A stretch of 64,000 bases of DNA. Source: Minisyncoccota bacterium (GTDB taxonomy: Archaea > Nanobdellota > Nanobdellia > Pacearchaeales > GW2011-AR1). The notes below the pieces were generated by a model. That model ran no database searches and was not told the DNA's origin. It saw only the letters and a list, made by a program, of their open reading frames with translations. How positions within the stretch are numbered: the first letter of the stretch is position 1; each line of letters starts with the position of its first letter. Positions 1-9,257 of the stretch are shown here, piece after piece. The stretch lies in the NCBI GenBank assembly GCA_035453125.1, contig DAOTCN010000001.1:233634-297633 (forward strand). The letters run 5' to 3'. The position numbers and the translations under genes are program-made.

Positions 1-227
1 TTGTTGTCATTTTAAATGGACAAAATCTTTTTAAAGATATATAGTAAAAAATATACCTCATTTGATTATATACTTTATGTATCTACTAGGTTATAATAAA
101 AGATATTCTTTTTAATTTTTTATAATTTAATTATGTTTGTATAATAATTAATGTTTTAAAAAATATTTTATATTTTAGTTTTAGCAAAGTTTAAAAACCA
201 TTTTTTACTCAGAGAATTGATGTTAAT

Positions 228-650
228 ATGGGATTAATGAATGCTCGTAAATTAATGAATAGAAGAAAAAAGTTTAGATGGAAAGATGCTAAATATAAGT
301 CTAAAACACTTGATTTATATGCAAAAGCAGATCCATTAGAAGGAGCTAGTCAAGCAAAAGGACTTGTTGTTGAAAAAGTTCAAAAAGAGGCTAAACAGCC
401 AAATTCTGCTATGAGGAAATGTTGTAAAGTTCAATTAACTAAAAATGGAAAGTTTGTTACAGCATTTATTCCCGGAAACTTAGCACAAAAATTTATTGAT
501 GAACATGATGAAGTTTTGATTGAGAGAATTGGTGGAAAACAAGGAAGAACTAAAGGAGATATTCCAGGCGTTAGATTTCAAGTTATTAAAGTCAATGACC
601 AACCATTACAATTACTTAGAAAAGGAAAAATAGAGAAAGGAAGAAGATAA
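228..650 (+). CDS. rps12: ribosomal protein uS12 (S12/S23e)
   Basis: 140 aa with the conserved uS12 core [10 protein letters not shown]...[12 protein letters not shown]. uS7 follows 14 nt later, as in the str operon. Confidence 0.95.
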   Translation: MGLMNARKLMNRRKKFRWKDAKYKSKTLDLYAKADPLEGASQAKGLVVEKVQKEAKQPNSAMRKCCKVQLTKNGKFVTAFIPGNLAQKFIDEHDEVLIERIGGKQGRTKGDIPGVRFQVIKVNDQPLQLLRKGKIEKGRR

Positions 651-664
651 TAAAAATAAATAAA

Positions 665-1300
665 ATGGAACAAGAAATAATTCAAGAAAAAAACAGAAAA
701 GAATCAGATGAAAATAAAATATTTAAATTATATAGTTTAAATGATATTATTGTTGTAGATCTGGGATTGAAAAATGTAATTAATCTTGACTACAAACTTC
801 TTTTAAAATCTCATGGAAGAAATGGTCAAAGATTTGGAAAAACAGAAGTTAACATAATTGAAAGACTTATAAATTATTTAGGAGTTCCAGGACATAGAGG
901 AAAAAAACATAAAGTTTGTACAAGTTGGTCTGCTGGAAAATATAATAAAAATGCCACAATAGTTCTTGAAGCATTTAAATTGATTAATGAAAAAACAGGT
1001 AAAAATCCAATTCAAGTTTTAGTTTCTGCTGTTGAAAAAGCAGCACCAAGGGATGAAATTACTACAATTCAATATGGTGGAGCAAGATATCCTCAGGCAG
1101 TTGATTGTGCACCATATAGAAGAGTGAGTATTGCACTTAGAAATATTGTTCATGGTTCTTATGATAAATCTTTTAATAAGAAAAAAACTATTGCCGAGGC
1201 TCTTGCAGATGAATTAATTGCTACTTCAAATGAAAGTGGTGATGGTTTTGCTTACGGAAAAAGAAATGAAATTGAAAAACAAGCTGATGGTGCTAGATAA
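665..1300 (+). CDS. rps7: ribosomal protein uS7 (S7/S5e)
   Basis: 211 aa with the uS7 core TIQYGGARYPQAVDCAPYRRVSIALRNIVHG. Directly downstream of uS12. Confidence 0.93.
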   Translation: MEQEIIQEKNRKESDENKIFKLYSLNDIIVVDLGLKNVINLDYKLLLKSHGRNGQRFGKTEVNIIERLINYLGVPGHRGKKHKVCTSWSAGKYNKNATIVLEAFKLINEKTGKNPIQVLVSAVEKAAPRDEITTIQYGGARYPQAVDCAPYRRVSIALRNIVHGSYDKSFNKKKTIAEALADELIATSNESGDGFAYGKRNEIEKQADGAR

Positions 1301-1372
1301 TTCTTTATTTTAATAAAAATAAAATTTATAATGTTCTTTTTTAATTTTTACAAAGTTAAATAAATTTAATAA

Positions 1373-1978
1373 TTATTTTTTTATTAAGCCTAGAGAATCA
1401 GCTACAATATAAATACCTCTTATTAAGATTTCTAGAATAAAAATAAATATTAAATAAATTGGAATAAGTGTAATTAATTCAGGTATTTCTTTAAATCTTG
1501 ATACTATAATTGTAATTGAAAAAAATGATGGGTCAAATAAGAATATTCCTAATAATGTAAATGGAAGAAGTTTTGCAAGTTCTTCTCCTAATTCTTGTGA
1601 ATAATAAGTACAAAGTCTTATTGCTGCAACTATTCCTGTTGAAATAAGAAGTATTTGTGATGAACTTTGGTTTTTTGACATTACCATTAAAAATAATGAA
1701 AGAATTGTAAACCAAATAAAAACAAATATTGGCATTAAGACTATATATTCGATAAATGTTAAAAAACCCTTAAAAGTATTATGAGATCCGTATTGACTCA
1801 GATTTATATCTAAAATATCTATTTTTGCAAGAAGTTTTGAAACTTTCCAAACAAAAATTGCATAAAAAAATGTTAAAATAGTATAAGAAAACAATGCAAG
1901 TATTAATTGATAATTACTTGGTAACTGGCTAACAGAATTTTGTATATTTAAAATTAGATTATTGAACAAAGATATCAT
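1373..1978 (-). CDS. hypothetical multi-pass membrane protein
   Basis: 201 aa with several long hydrophobic segments and no recognisable family. Lies antisense between uS7 and aEF-2. Confidence 0.5.
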   Translation of the reverse strand: MISLFNNLILNIQNSVSQLPSNYQLILALFSYTILTFFYAIFVWKVSKLLAKIDILDINLSQYGSHNTFKGFLTFIEYIVLMPIFVFIWFTILSLFLMVMSKNQSSSQILLISTGIVAAIRLCTYYSQELGEELAKLLPFTLLGIFLFDPSFFSITIIVSRFKEIPELITLIPIYLIFIFILEILIRGIYIVADSLGLIKK

Positions 1979-2038
1979 TTTTATTTTAATTATCTTTAGT
2001 TTAAATAACTTTTTAATTGGAAATAAAATACCTTAATG

Positions 2039-2046
2039 TTTAAAAA
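2039..2046 (+). promoter_or_regulatory. TATA box (TTTAAAAA) for the 2068 ORF
   Basis: The 8-mer ends 22 nt before the ATG at 2068. The same spacing recurs across the window. Confidence 0.6.
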
Positions 2047-2067
2047 TTATAATTATATTTAAGAATA

Positions 2068-2484
2068 ATGGTTGAAATAAAAAAAGAACAACTACTAATT
2101 GAAGAATATTCTAGAAGATTAATGCTAGGTGAATTGCCATTAGTTTCAAGTTCTGGCAGATACCAATACTATTTGATTGTTCCAGGAGAGAGGGTTTCTG
2201 GTGCTAAGATTATTAATTGCAGAAGAAATGTTATTAATGAAGTTAACTTTAATTTAAATCAAGATCGTTTAAAATTAGATTATAATTTAGTGGTTAGTTT
2301 AGGTTCTTGGATAGCTGTTCCAAAAACACTTGAAGAATTTAGTCCGAGCGATTTTGAATCTTTTACAAAGAGTATTGGAAGTTATGGAGTAAAATTAAAA
2401 ATTAGAGAAGATTTAGCTGAATTATCAAACTTTGAAAAAGAGCTAAGAAAAATTTTTGGTGATAAATATAGAAGACAATATTAA
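2068..2484 (+). CDS. hypothetical protein
   Basis: 138-aa ORF with a TATA box at the canonical -22 spacing. No motif recognised. Confidence 0.5.
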   Translation: MVEIKKEQLLIEEYSRRLMLGELPLVSSSGRYQYYLIVPGERVSGAKIINCRRNVINEVNFNLNQDRLKLDYNLVVSLGSWIAVPKTLEEFSPSDFESFTKSIGSYGVKLKIREDLAELSNFEKELRKIFGDKYRRQY

Positions 2485-2502
2485 TTGTCTTAAAAAGATA
2501 GT

Positions 2503-2510
2503 TTTAAAAA
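2503..2510 (+). promoter_or_regulatory. TATA box (TTTAAAAA) for the 2532 ORF
   Basis: Ends 22 nt before the ATG at 2532. Confidence 0.6.
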
Positions 2511-2531
2511 TAGTTTTTTTTAATTAATTGT

Positions 2532-2948
2532 ATGAAAAAGGCAATATTGTTTGATGATGAATCATGCAACAAAAGTTTGGAATTATATTATTTGAATGAT
2601 CTAAAAGATTATGACTATGCAACAAGATTAATTAGGAATCTTAAAGATTGTTTAAAAATTTTAAAAACTGAACAAATTGGGGTTGTGATTATTCATCATT
2701 TAGATTTTAAACAGGTTGATGTAATGAGGGAGGTTTCTCCAGATACAAAATATATTGGATATAGTTCAAATGTCAGTTTTTATCATAAGATTGGAACTAT
2801 AGGTTATGAATTTAATGAAACTATGGAGGCATATTATGATGGTGTAATTGGTCTTGGTTCTAAAAAACCACTAAGTCTTTTCGAGCTTTTAAATGAAATT
2901 AACAAATTTTCTGATTTAGACGAACCCATATTTAGGGAGGAAATTTGA
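2532..2948 (+). CDS. hypothetical protein, weakly receiver(CheY)-like
   Basis: 138 aa. ILFDDE...VVIIHHLDF...GYSS resembles the layout of a degenerate receiver domain. Weak call. Confidence 0.4.
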   Translation: MKKAILFDDESCNKSLELYYLNDLKDYDYATRLIRNLKDCLKILKTEQIGVVIIHHLDFKQVDVMREVSPDTKYIGYSSNVSFYHKIGTIGYEFNETMEAYYDGVIGLGSKKPLSLFELLNEINKFSDLDEPIFREEI

Positions 2949-3117
2949 ATTTTTTTAGATAAAAATTTTCATTGAATTTTTATTATACATATGATCTTTT
3001 GATATAGCTTAAATTTTGTTGAGCATAAGCTTTTTAAACTATATTTGTTAAAAGTTATTATCTGATGTTTGTGATATTTTATCATTTAGTTTATCAGATT
3101 ATTAGTTACATATTAAA

Positions 3118-5307
3118 ATGGCACAAGAAGAAAAAAAATTACATAAAATTGAAAGACTTATTAGTAATCAGAAAAATATTAGGAATATAGCTACTAGTGC
3201 ACATATTCATCATGGTAAAACAGCTTTTACAGATAATCTTCTTGCTGCAGCAGGTATGATGGCTGCAAAAAATGCTGGAGATCTTGAAGAGGGTATGGCA
3301 ACATGGCAACATTCAGATGAACAAGAAAGATTAATGACTGTTGATGCTGCAAATGTTTCTATGGTTCATGATTTTCAGGGAGAAGAATATCTGATTAATT
3401 TAATTGACACTCCAGGACATGTTGATTTTTCTGGAAATGTTACAAGAGCTATGAGAGCTATTGATGGAACAATTGTTTTAGTTTGTGCTAGTGAAGGGAT
3501 AATGCCTCAAACAGAAACAGTTTTAAAACAAGCTCTTAGAGAAAGAGTAAGACCTTTGCTTTTTATTAATAAAGTTGACAGATTAATTAAAGAATTAAAA
3601 TGCACTCCTGAACAGATGCAAGAAAGATTTATCAAGATTTACAAAGATTTCAATAAATTAATTGAGAGAATTGCAGAACCTGAATATAAAGAAAAATGGC
3701 AAGTTGATATTAATGATGGTGGTGTTGCATTTGGAAGTGCAAGAGATAATTGGGCATTATCATTACCTTTCATGAAAAAGAAAGGTGTTTCTTTTAAAGA
3801 TATTTTTAAGCTGTATGAAATGAATGAACAAGAAAGAAAGGACTGGACATGGAAAAATGCAGCTCTTTATGAAGTTGTTCTTGATATGGTTGTAAAACAT
3901 CTCCCAAGCCCTGTTGAAGCTCAAAAATATAGAATTCCTAAAATTTGGGACGGAGATTTAGAAAGTGATTTTGGAAAACAATTATTAAACTGTGATCCAA
4001 ATGGGGAAACTGCATTTGTAATAACTAGAATTGTTATTGATCCTAGATCTGGAAAAGAAATTTCTGCAGGAAGATTATTCTCCGGAAATTTGGTTCCTGG
4101 AATGGAAGTTTATCTGAATAATGAAAAGAAAACCCAAAGAGTTCAGCAAGTTTTGGTTTATAATGGAATCAAACCAGAGCAAGTTGAAACTGTAACTGCA
4201 GGAAATGTTTTAGCAATTGCAGGAATTGTTGGAGAAGTTGGAGAAACTGTTACAATAAAACCTCAAACACCTTTCTCAGAAATTAAACATATTTTTGAAC
4301 CTGTTATTACGAAGGCAATTGAACCAAAAAAAATAGCTGATTTACCTAAACTTGTTGAAGTATTAAGAAAAGTTGGAAAAGAAGATCCTAGTGTAAGAAT
4401 TGAGATTAATGAAGAAACTGGTGAAAATTTAATTTCAGGTATGGGTGAATTGCATTTAGAGATTATTGAAAATAGAATTGTAACTGAAAAAGGTATGGAA
4501 ATAAAAACATCTTCACCAATCGTTGTTTATAGAGAGACAGTAATTAAGAAATCTGAAGCTTCAGAGGGAAGATCACCAAACAAACACAACTCTTTTTTTA
4601 TTACAGTTGAACCTCTTGAAGATAATGTTTATGAGGCAATTAAACGAGGAGAATTAGCTGAGAGAAGGTATAAAAAAAGAGATGATAACATGTTTAAAAA
4701 ACTTTCAGAATTAGGAGTCTCAAATGATGAAATAAGAAATTATAGGGATATCTATAAAGGAAATGTTTTTTTGGATGATACAAGAGGAGAAGTTCATATG
4801 ATTGAAGTTATTGAACTGATACTTGATGCATTTGAACAAGTTATTGATGCTGGTCCTCTTGCAAGAGAACCTTGTATGAAGATGAAATTGAGACTTGCAG
4901 ATATTAAACTTCATGAAGATGCAATTCATAGAGGTCCTGCACAAGTTTATCCTGCTGTAAGAGATTCAATTTCTGACTCAATGAAACAGGTTGGAATTGT
5001 TTTATTTGAGCCATTGCAAACTCACTTGATTGAATCGCCATCAGATTATATGGGCGCTGTTACAAGATTAGTTTCAAGCAAGAGAGGACAGTTAATTGAT
5101 GTTTCTCAAGATGAATCTGGTGTTCAAATTAAAGCAAAAATTCCTGTATCTGAAATGTTGGGATGGGCAAGTGATTTAAGATCTGCAACAGAAGGTAGAG
5201 GAGTTTCATCTTTGATTGATCAGCAATTTGAGAAGATGCCTTTTGAACTTCAGAATGAGATTGTTAGAAAAATCAGATCAAGAAAAGGTTTGAGTGAGAA
5301 CCAGTAA
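3118..5307 (+). CDS. fusA: translation elongation factor aEF-2
   Basis: 729 aa. G domain AHIHHGKT, DTPGHVDF, NKVDR. Diphthamide-site region HEDAIHRGPAQ. Confidence 0.97.
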   Translation: MAQEEKKLHKIERLISNQKNIRNIATSAHIHHGKTAFTDNLLAAAGMMAAKNAGDLEEGMATWQHSDEQERLMTVDAANVSMVHDFQGEEYLINLIDTPGHVDFSGNVTRAMRAIDGTIVLVCASEGIMPQTETVLKQALRERVRPLLFINKVDRLIKELKCTPEQMQERFIKIYKDFNKLIERIAEPEYKEKWQVDINDGGVAFGSARDNWALSLPFMKKKGVSFKDIFKLYEMNEQERKDWTWKNAALYEVVLDMVVKHLPSPVEAQKYRIPKIWDGDLESDFGKQLLNCDPNGETAFVITRIVIDPRSGKEISAGRLFSGNLVPGMEVYLNNEKKTQRVQQVLVYNGIKPEQVETVTAGNVLAIAGIVGEVGETVTIKPQTPFSEIKHIFEPVITKAIEPKKIADLPKLVEVLRKVGKEDPSVRIEINEETGENLISGMGELHLEIIENRIVTEKGMEIKTSSPIVVYRETVIKKSEASEGRSPNKHNSFFITVEPLEDNVYEAIKRGELAERRYKKRDDNMFKKLSELGVSNDEIRNYRDIYKGNVFLDDTRGEVHMIEVIELILDAFEQVIDAGPLAREPCMKMKLRLADIKLHEDAIHRGPAQVYPAVRDSISDSMKQVGIVLFEPLQTHLIESPSDYMGAVTRLVSSKRGQLIDVSQDESGVQIKAKIPVSEMLGWASDLRSATEGRGVSSLIDQQFEKMPFELQNEIVRKIRSRKGLSENQ

Positions 5308-5341
5308 TTACTTAAGAATATTATTCTTTATAACAAATTTT

Positions 5342-5683
5342 TTATTCAAAAAATCTTGGACCTAAGTTTAATAATGTTTGTTTTATTTCATTAATTGTTT
5401 CTTGTTGGTCTTTTTTATCTGACATTCTTACAAATTTTATTAACAAATCAACTAATTTTGATTCATCCATTATTTTTAATTTATATCCGTCAGTTATAAA
5501 ATAAAATCTGAAAGATTTATATTTCAATTTTTTTATAACAATTCCTCCAACATTACCAATTAACTTTCCTTTATGTGAATTTTCTTCTAAAGAATATAAT
5601 AATTCAAATATTTCTATTGATTCTTTCTTAAACTTTTTATTAATTTCATTTTCCAGTTCTTCAGAAATGATTACTTTTGCCAT
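5342..5683 (-). CDS. putative RelE/ParE-like toxin
   Basis: 113 aa. FRFYFITDG beta-strand core. The C-terminal KKDQQETINEI motif is shared with the ORF at 50485-50802. Overlaps the upstream small ORF by 13 nt. Confidence 0.5.
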   Translation of the reverse strand: MAKVIISEELENEINKKFKKESIEIFELLYSLEENSHKGKLIGNVGGIVIKKLKYKSFRFYFITDGYKLKIMDESKLVDLLIKFVRMSDKKDQQETINEIKQTLLNLGPRFFE

Positions 5684-5877
5684 TTAGCTTTAGCCCTCTC
5701 TAAAGCATCTTTAACTGGAACAAATCCTTCATCAGACATTAAGAACTGTCTTAATTGCTCTTTAACTGCTAAAGAATATACTCTTCTAATTATGTCATCA
5801 TAACTTTCTCCCTTTAGCCCGAATGATGAAATCTTTTCTTTTGTTTCTTTGCTTAGTTGAATTGTTGTTATTTCCAT
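5671..5877 (-). CDS. putative antitoxin
   Basis: 68 aa. The N-terminal TTIQLS...SYDDIIRR pattern is shared with the antitoxin at 44373-44579. Overlaps the toxin gene. Confidence 0.5.
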   Translation of the reverse strand: MEITTIQLSKETKEKISSFGLKGESYDDIIRRVYSLAVKEQLRQFLMSDEGFVPVKDALERAKAKWQK

Positions 5878-5883
5878 TTTATT

Positions 5884-5907
5884 CTATAGCCACTATAGTA
5901 GCTATAG
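5884..5907. promoter_or_regulatory. three CTATAG palindromes at 9-bp spacing (candidate operator)
   Basis: CTATAG at 5884, 5893 and 5902. They lie between the palindromic TATA TTTATAAA (5908-5915) and the antitoxin ATG (5877). Confidence 0.45.
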
Positions 5908-5973
5908 TTTATAAACTTTTTGATTTTTTAATTTATATAAATATTTAAAAGCAAAATTTCTTTTTCTATAATT

Positions 5974-6321
5974 ATGAATGAAGAGAAACTAAAAAAAATT
6001 GAAATAGAGGGCTATATAATGAATTTGAAAGTGGCTGGAGCATGTCTATTACTTATTGGTTCTGCTTATATTGGTGGTTGTTTAGAAAGAGAAAACAAAA
6101 AACCAATAAATATTATTGAAAAAAGAATTGGTGATGAAAATTATATGTTTATTAAAACTAGTGATGATAGAATTTATCCAATGATTCAAAATAATAACGG
6201 ATTTTTTTTAAATTTAAGAGATTATTATAAGAGTAGATTAAACTATGAAAAAGAATCATCAAGACTTGTTAAAAAATTTTTAAGTGAAGAAGGTGAGTGT
6301 GAGGGAGAAGAAAATAACTAA
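5974..6321 (+). CDS. hypothetical protein with one membrane/signal segment
   Basis: 115 aa. Hydrophobic segment ending IGGC is lipobox-like. TATA TTTAAAAG at 5944-5951 ends 23 nt before the ATG. Confidence 0.45.
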   Translation: MNEEKLKKIEIEGYIMNLKVAGACLLLIGSAYIGGCLERENKKPINIIEKRIGDENYMFIKTSDDRIYPMIQNNNGFFLNLRDYYKSRLNYEKESSRLVKKFLSEEGECEGEENN

Positions 6322-6333
6322 TTCTTAGAAAGG

Positions 6334-6341
6334 TTTAAAAA
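6334..6341 (+). promoter_or_regulatory. BRE/TATA (GAAAGG-TTTAAAAA)
   Basis: Ends 22 nt before the in-frame ATG at 6363. This argues against the GTG at 6351 as start. Confidence 0.6.
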
Positions 6342-6362
6342 TTAAGCATTGTGGAGTGTGGA

Positions 6363-6965
6363 ATGAATTCAAGGAAGTATATTATTGGTGTTGAACATGA
6401 TGTTGGTAATGAAGGAGACATAATTCAACTTTTGAAAATTGTCAGCGCACCTAATGATTTAGTTGGTATTGAACTTGTAGAATGTTTAGTTCATGTATTT
6501 AAAAATTTTAGAGTTCCAATTGTTAAAAGTAATAATTATCTGAATAAAATATTAACTGATTTAGATGTTAATGATACAACACATAATTACTGGATGAATT
6601 TAATGAGACAATCTGAAATAGAAGGACTAAATCTTGATTTTGTTGGAATTGATAATAGTGAATTAATAAACAAAATTTCTAAAGATATCTCAAGAGTAGT
6701 TAATAAAGATGAAAATAGTGTTGATAATAAAACAAGAGATAGAATAATTCGAGGGTATTTGATTGATAGAGAAAATTATTTTGTTAAAAGAATTTTAGAG
6801 ACAAATCCGAACATATTAGTTGTTGGAGATTTTCATGTTGACTTTTTGAAAAATAAATTTCAAGAATATGAAATTATGGGAAGAACAATTAGAAAAAATA
6901 ATCATCTTCCAGAATCTTGGATGAATAGATATAAAGAATTAAGATATAATATAGAAAATAAATAA
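6363..6965 (+). CDS. hypothetical protein (faint TraB/PrgY-like pattern)
   Basis: IIGVEHDVG...PNDLVGIEL near the N-terminus and VVGDFHVDFL near the C-terminus resemble TraB-family motifs. Start moved to the ATG at 6363 by promoter spacing. Confidence 0.4.
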   Translation: MNSRKYIIGVEHDVGNEGDIIQLLKIVSAPNDLVGIELVECLVHVFKNFRVPIVKSNNYLNKILTDLDVNDTTHNYWMNLMRQSEIEGLNLDFVGIDNSELINKISKDISRVVNKDENSVDNKTRDRIIRGYLIDRENYFVKRILETNPNILVVGDFHVDFLKNKFQEYEIMGRTIRKNNHLPESWMNRYKELRYNIENK

Positions 6966-6982
6966 AAAATCTTTATTATGAA

Positions 6983-7013
6983 CTTTCGTCGATAAAACCA
7001 AATTAGACGAAAG
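6983..7013. promoter_or_regulatory. 8-bp perfect hairpin abutting the aEF-1alpha promoter
   Basis: CTTTCGTC (6983-6990) and GACGAAAG (7006-7013) with a 15-nt loop. The right arm overlaps the BRE-like GAAAGG. Confidence 0.4.
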
Positions 7014-7014
7014 G

Positions 7015-7022
7015 TTTATAAA
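7015..7022 (+). promoter_or_regulatory. TATA box (TTTATAAA) of aEF-1alpha
   Basis: Preceded by CGAAAGG. Ends 22 nt before the ATG at 7044. Confidence 0.65.
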
Positions 7023-7043
7023 CCTAAAATTTTACATCCTATT

Positions 7044-8330
7044 ATGGCAAGAGAAAAAACTATGATTAATGTTGTCTTTGTTGGACACGTTGATGCTGGA
7101 AAATCTACAACAATTGGAAGATTGATGTATGATAGTGGTAAACTTCCAGAACAAGAGTTACAAAAATTAAAAGCTGAAGCTCAAAGAGTTGGTAAATCTG
7201 GATTTGAATTTGCATTTGTTATGGATAAATTTAAAGAAGAAAGAGAGAGAGGTGTTACAATTGATCTTTCTTATCAGAAATTAATAACTTCTAAATATGA
7301 AATTACTATTATTGATGCTCCAGGTCATAGAGACTTTGTTAAAAATATGATTACTGGTGCAAGTCAAGCAGATGCTGCTTTCTTAGTTGTTGCTGCTAAA
7401 TCAGGTGTTGAACCTCAAACAAAAGAACACTTATGGTTATTGAAGACTATGGGTGTTTCGCAATTAAATGTTTTAATTAACAAAATGGATGATGCTGATT
7501 ATAAAGAAGAAAGATTTAATCAAGTTAAAGATGATGTTATAAAAGAATTAAAGGCTGTTGGTTACAAGCCTGAGAATGTTACATTCTTACCGGTTTCATC
7601 ATTGCATGGACAAAATATTGTAAAGAAACCTGATAAGATGTCTTGGTTTAAAGGACCAACTTTAATGGAAATGCTTGATAACTTAAGTCCACCTGAAAAA
7701 CCTACAAATTTACCAATGAGAATGCCTGTTCAAGATGTATATGAAATCACAGGTATTGGAACAGTTCCTGTTGGAAAAATTGAAACAGGTATTATGAAAG
7801 TTGCTCAAAAAGTAATGATTCTTCCTGGAAGATCTGGAAAAGGTATTCCTGGTGAAATTAAATCAATTGAAATGCATCATGAACAATTATCTGAAGGATT
7901 AGCAGGAGATAATGTTGGAATAAATATTCGTGGTGTTGGAAAAAAAGATATTGCAAGAGGAGATGTAATCTGTGATGCTGCAAGTCCAGCTACAATTGCT
8001 GAAGAATTTACAGCAAAAATAGCTGTTATTAATCATCCAACTGTAATAGCTAAAGGCTATACACCTGTATTTCATGTTCATACAGCTCAAGTACCTTGTC
8101 AATTTGTTGAACTAATTGAAAAATATGATCCTACATCTGGTGCTGTTGCACAAGCAAATCCAGATTTCTTAAAGAATGGAGATGTAGCTAAAGTTAGACT
8201 TAAGCCAATTGGAAATCTTGTAATTGAAAAACAAGCTGTAAATCCTCATATGGCAAGATTTGCAATAAGAGATGCTGGAGCAACTGTTGCTGCTGGTGTT
8301 TGTATTGATCTTGTTGCTAAAAAAATCTAA
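7044..8330 (+). CDS. tuf: translation elongation factor aEF-1alpha
   Basis: 428 aa. GHVDAGKST, DAPGHRDF, NKMD. Full-length EF-1A architecture. Confidence 0.97.
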   Translation: MAREKTMINVVFVGHVDAGKSTTIGRLMYDSGKLPEQELQKLKAEAQRVGKSGFEFAFVMDKFKEERERGVTIDLSYQKLITSKYEITIIDAPGHRDFVKNMITGASQADAAFLVVAAKSGVEPQTKEHLWLLKTMGVSQLNVLINKMDDADYKEERFNQVKDDVIKELKAVGYKPENVTFLPVSSLHGQNIVKKPDKMSWFKGPTLMEMLDNLSPPEKPTNLPMRMPVQDVYEITGIGTVPVGKIETGIMKVAQKVMILPGRSGKGIPGEIKSIEMHHEQLSEGLAGDNVGINIRGVGKKDIARGDVICDAASPATIAEEFTAKIAVINHPTVIAKGYTPVFHVHTAQVPCQFVELIEKYDPTSGAVAQANPDFLKNGDVAKVRLKPIGNLVIEKQAVNPHMARFAIRDAGATVAAGVCIDLVAKKI

Positions 8331-8350
8331 TTTTTTTCTATTTTAATAAT

Positions 8351-8557
8351 ATGACAAAAAATTATGTAATTTTAGAAATTGATAAAAATTTGATTGAACT
8401 AAAATATGAAGAATATTCTAATTTAATTAGTAATTATTCTTTAGATGTTATCAGAAATATGAATCCTTGTTTTGTAGAGGCATTAGCTAAAAATCGAGAT
8501 ATAGAAATTATGCTTGTTGAAAAAAGAAAAGATGAATTAAGAGATGATTATTTATAG
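8351..8557 (+). CDS. hypothetical small protein
   Basis: 68-aa ORF 20 nt after tuf. It sits where uS10 is usually found but is not uS10. Confidence 0.35.
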   Translation: MTKNYVILEIDKNLIELKYEEYSNLISNYSLDVIRNMNPCFVEALAKNRDIEIMLVEKRKDELRDDYL

Positions 8558-8636
8558 ATTTTTTAATTAATATTTAAAATTAGAACTATAATAAAATTTT
8601 TAAATGAGTTATGTTTAAGTAAAATGAGGAAAAAAG

Positions 8637-9257
8637 ATGGTATTAACAAAAAATGAGATTGATGCGGATATTTATGGAAAAGGTGATTTTGTTCAATTAG
8701 ATCATCTTAAGAGATTTTTAGGAAAAGCAGATAGTATGGATGTAAAAAAGTATATCTTGTTAAAGATAGCAGATATTAATGAAAAACATAAATTTTTTTC
8801 AGATGCTGCAAGAAGTTTAGATGAAGCTGCTGAAATTGCAATAACTTATAAAGAAAAAATCGAAATTTATTCTAAGATGGTTAAATTATTAATTAATTCT
8901 GAACAATTTGATTTAGCTGATAAAGCAGTATTAAAATCTATTGCTTTTTCAAATACTCTTCGAGAAAAATCGAATTTACAAGATAACTATATCAAGCTTT
9001 ATGAAGATTTGGCAGATAGATTGGTTAGTGAAAATAAACACAGAAAGGCAATTAATGTTTATAATAAACTTTATTCAATGCCTCAAAATCCTGAAAAAAA
9101 AGATTTTATTAAACAAAAACTTTTAACACTTTATTTAAAACTTGGTAAAACAAAAGAACATTCTTATCTAAGCAGACCTGAACCTCAACCACTTCCTGTT
9201 GAAAAAAAGGAAGATATCATGGGAGAGATTGGTGTTAAAAGATGGGGAGTTAGATAA
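8637..9257 (+). CDS. hypothetical protein (helical-repeat-like)
   Basis: 206 aa, helix-rich. GAGGA 7 nt upstream of the ATG. Confidence 0.45.
   Translation: MVLTKNEIDADIYGKGDFVQLDHLKRFLGKADSMDVKKYILLKIADINEKHKFFSDAARSLDEAAEIAITYKEKIEIYSKMVKLLINSEQFDLADKAVLKSIAFSNTLREKSNLQDNYIKLYEDLADRLVSENKHRKAINVYNKLYSMPQNPEKKDFIKQKLLTLYLKLGKTKEHSYLSRPEPQPLPVEKKEDIMGEIGVKRWGVR

Noticed and set aside
3118-5307. Inteins or insertions in aEF-2, aIF5B, Lhr or the aaRS genes
   Set aside because: All have normal lengths with contiguous conserved motifs. No Cys/Ser...HN splice-junction blocks or extra LAGLIDADG/HNH domains were seen.
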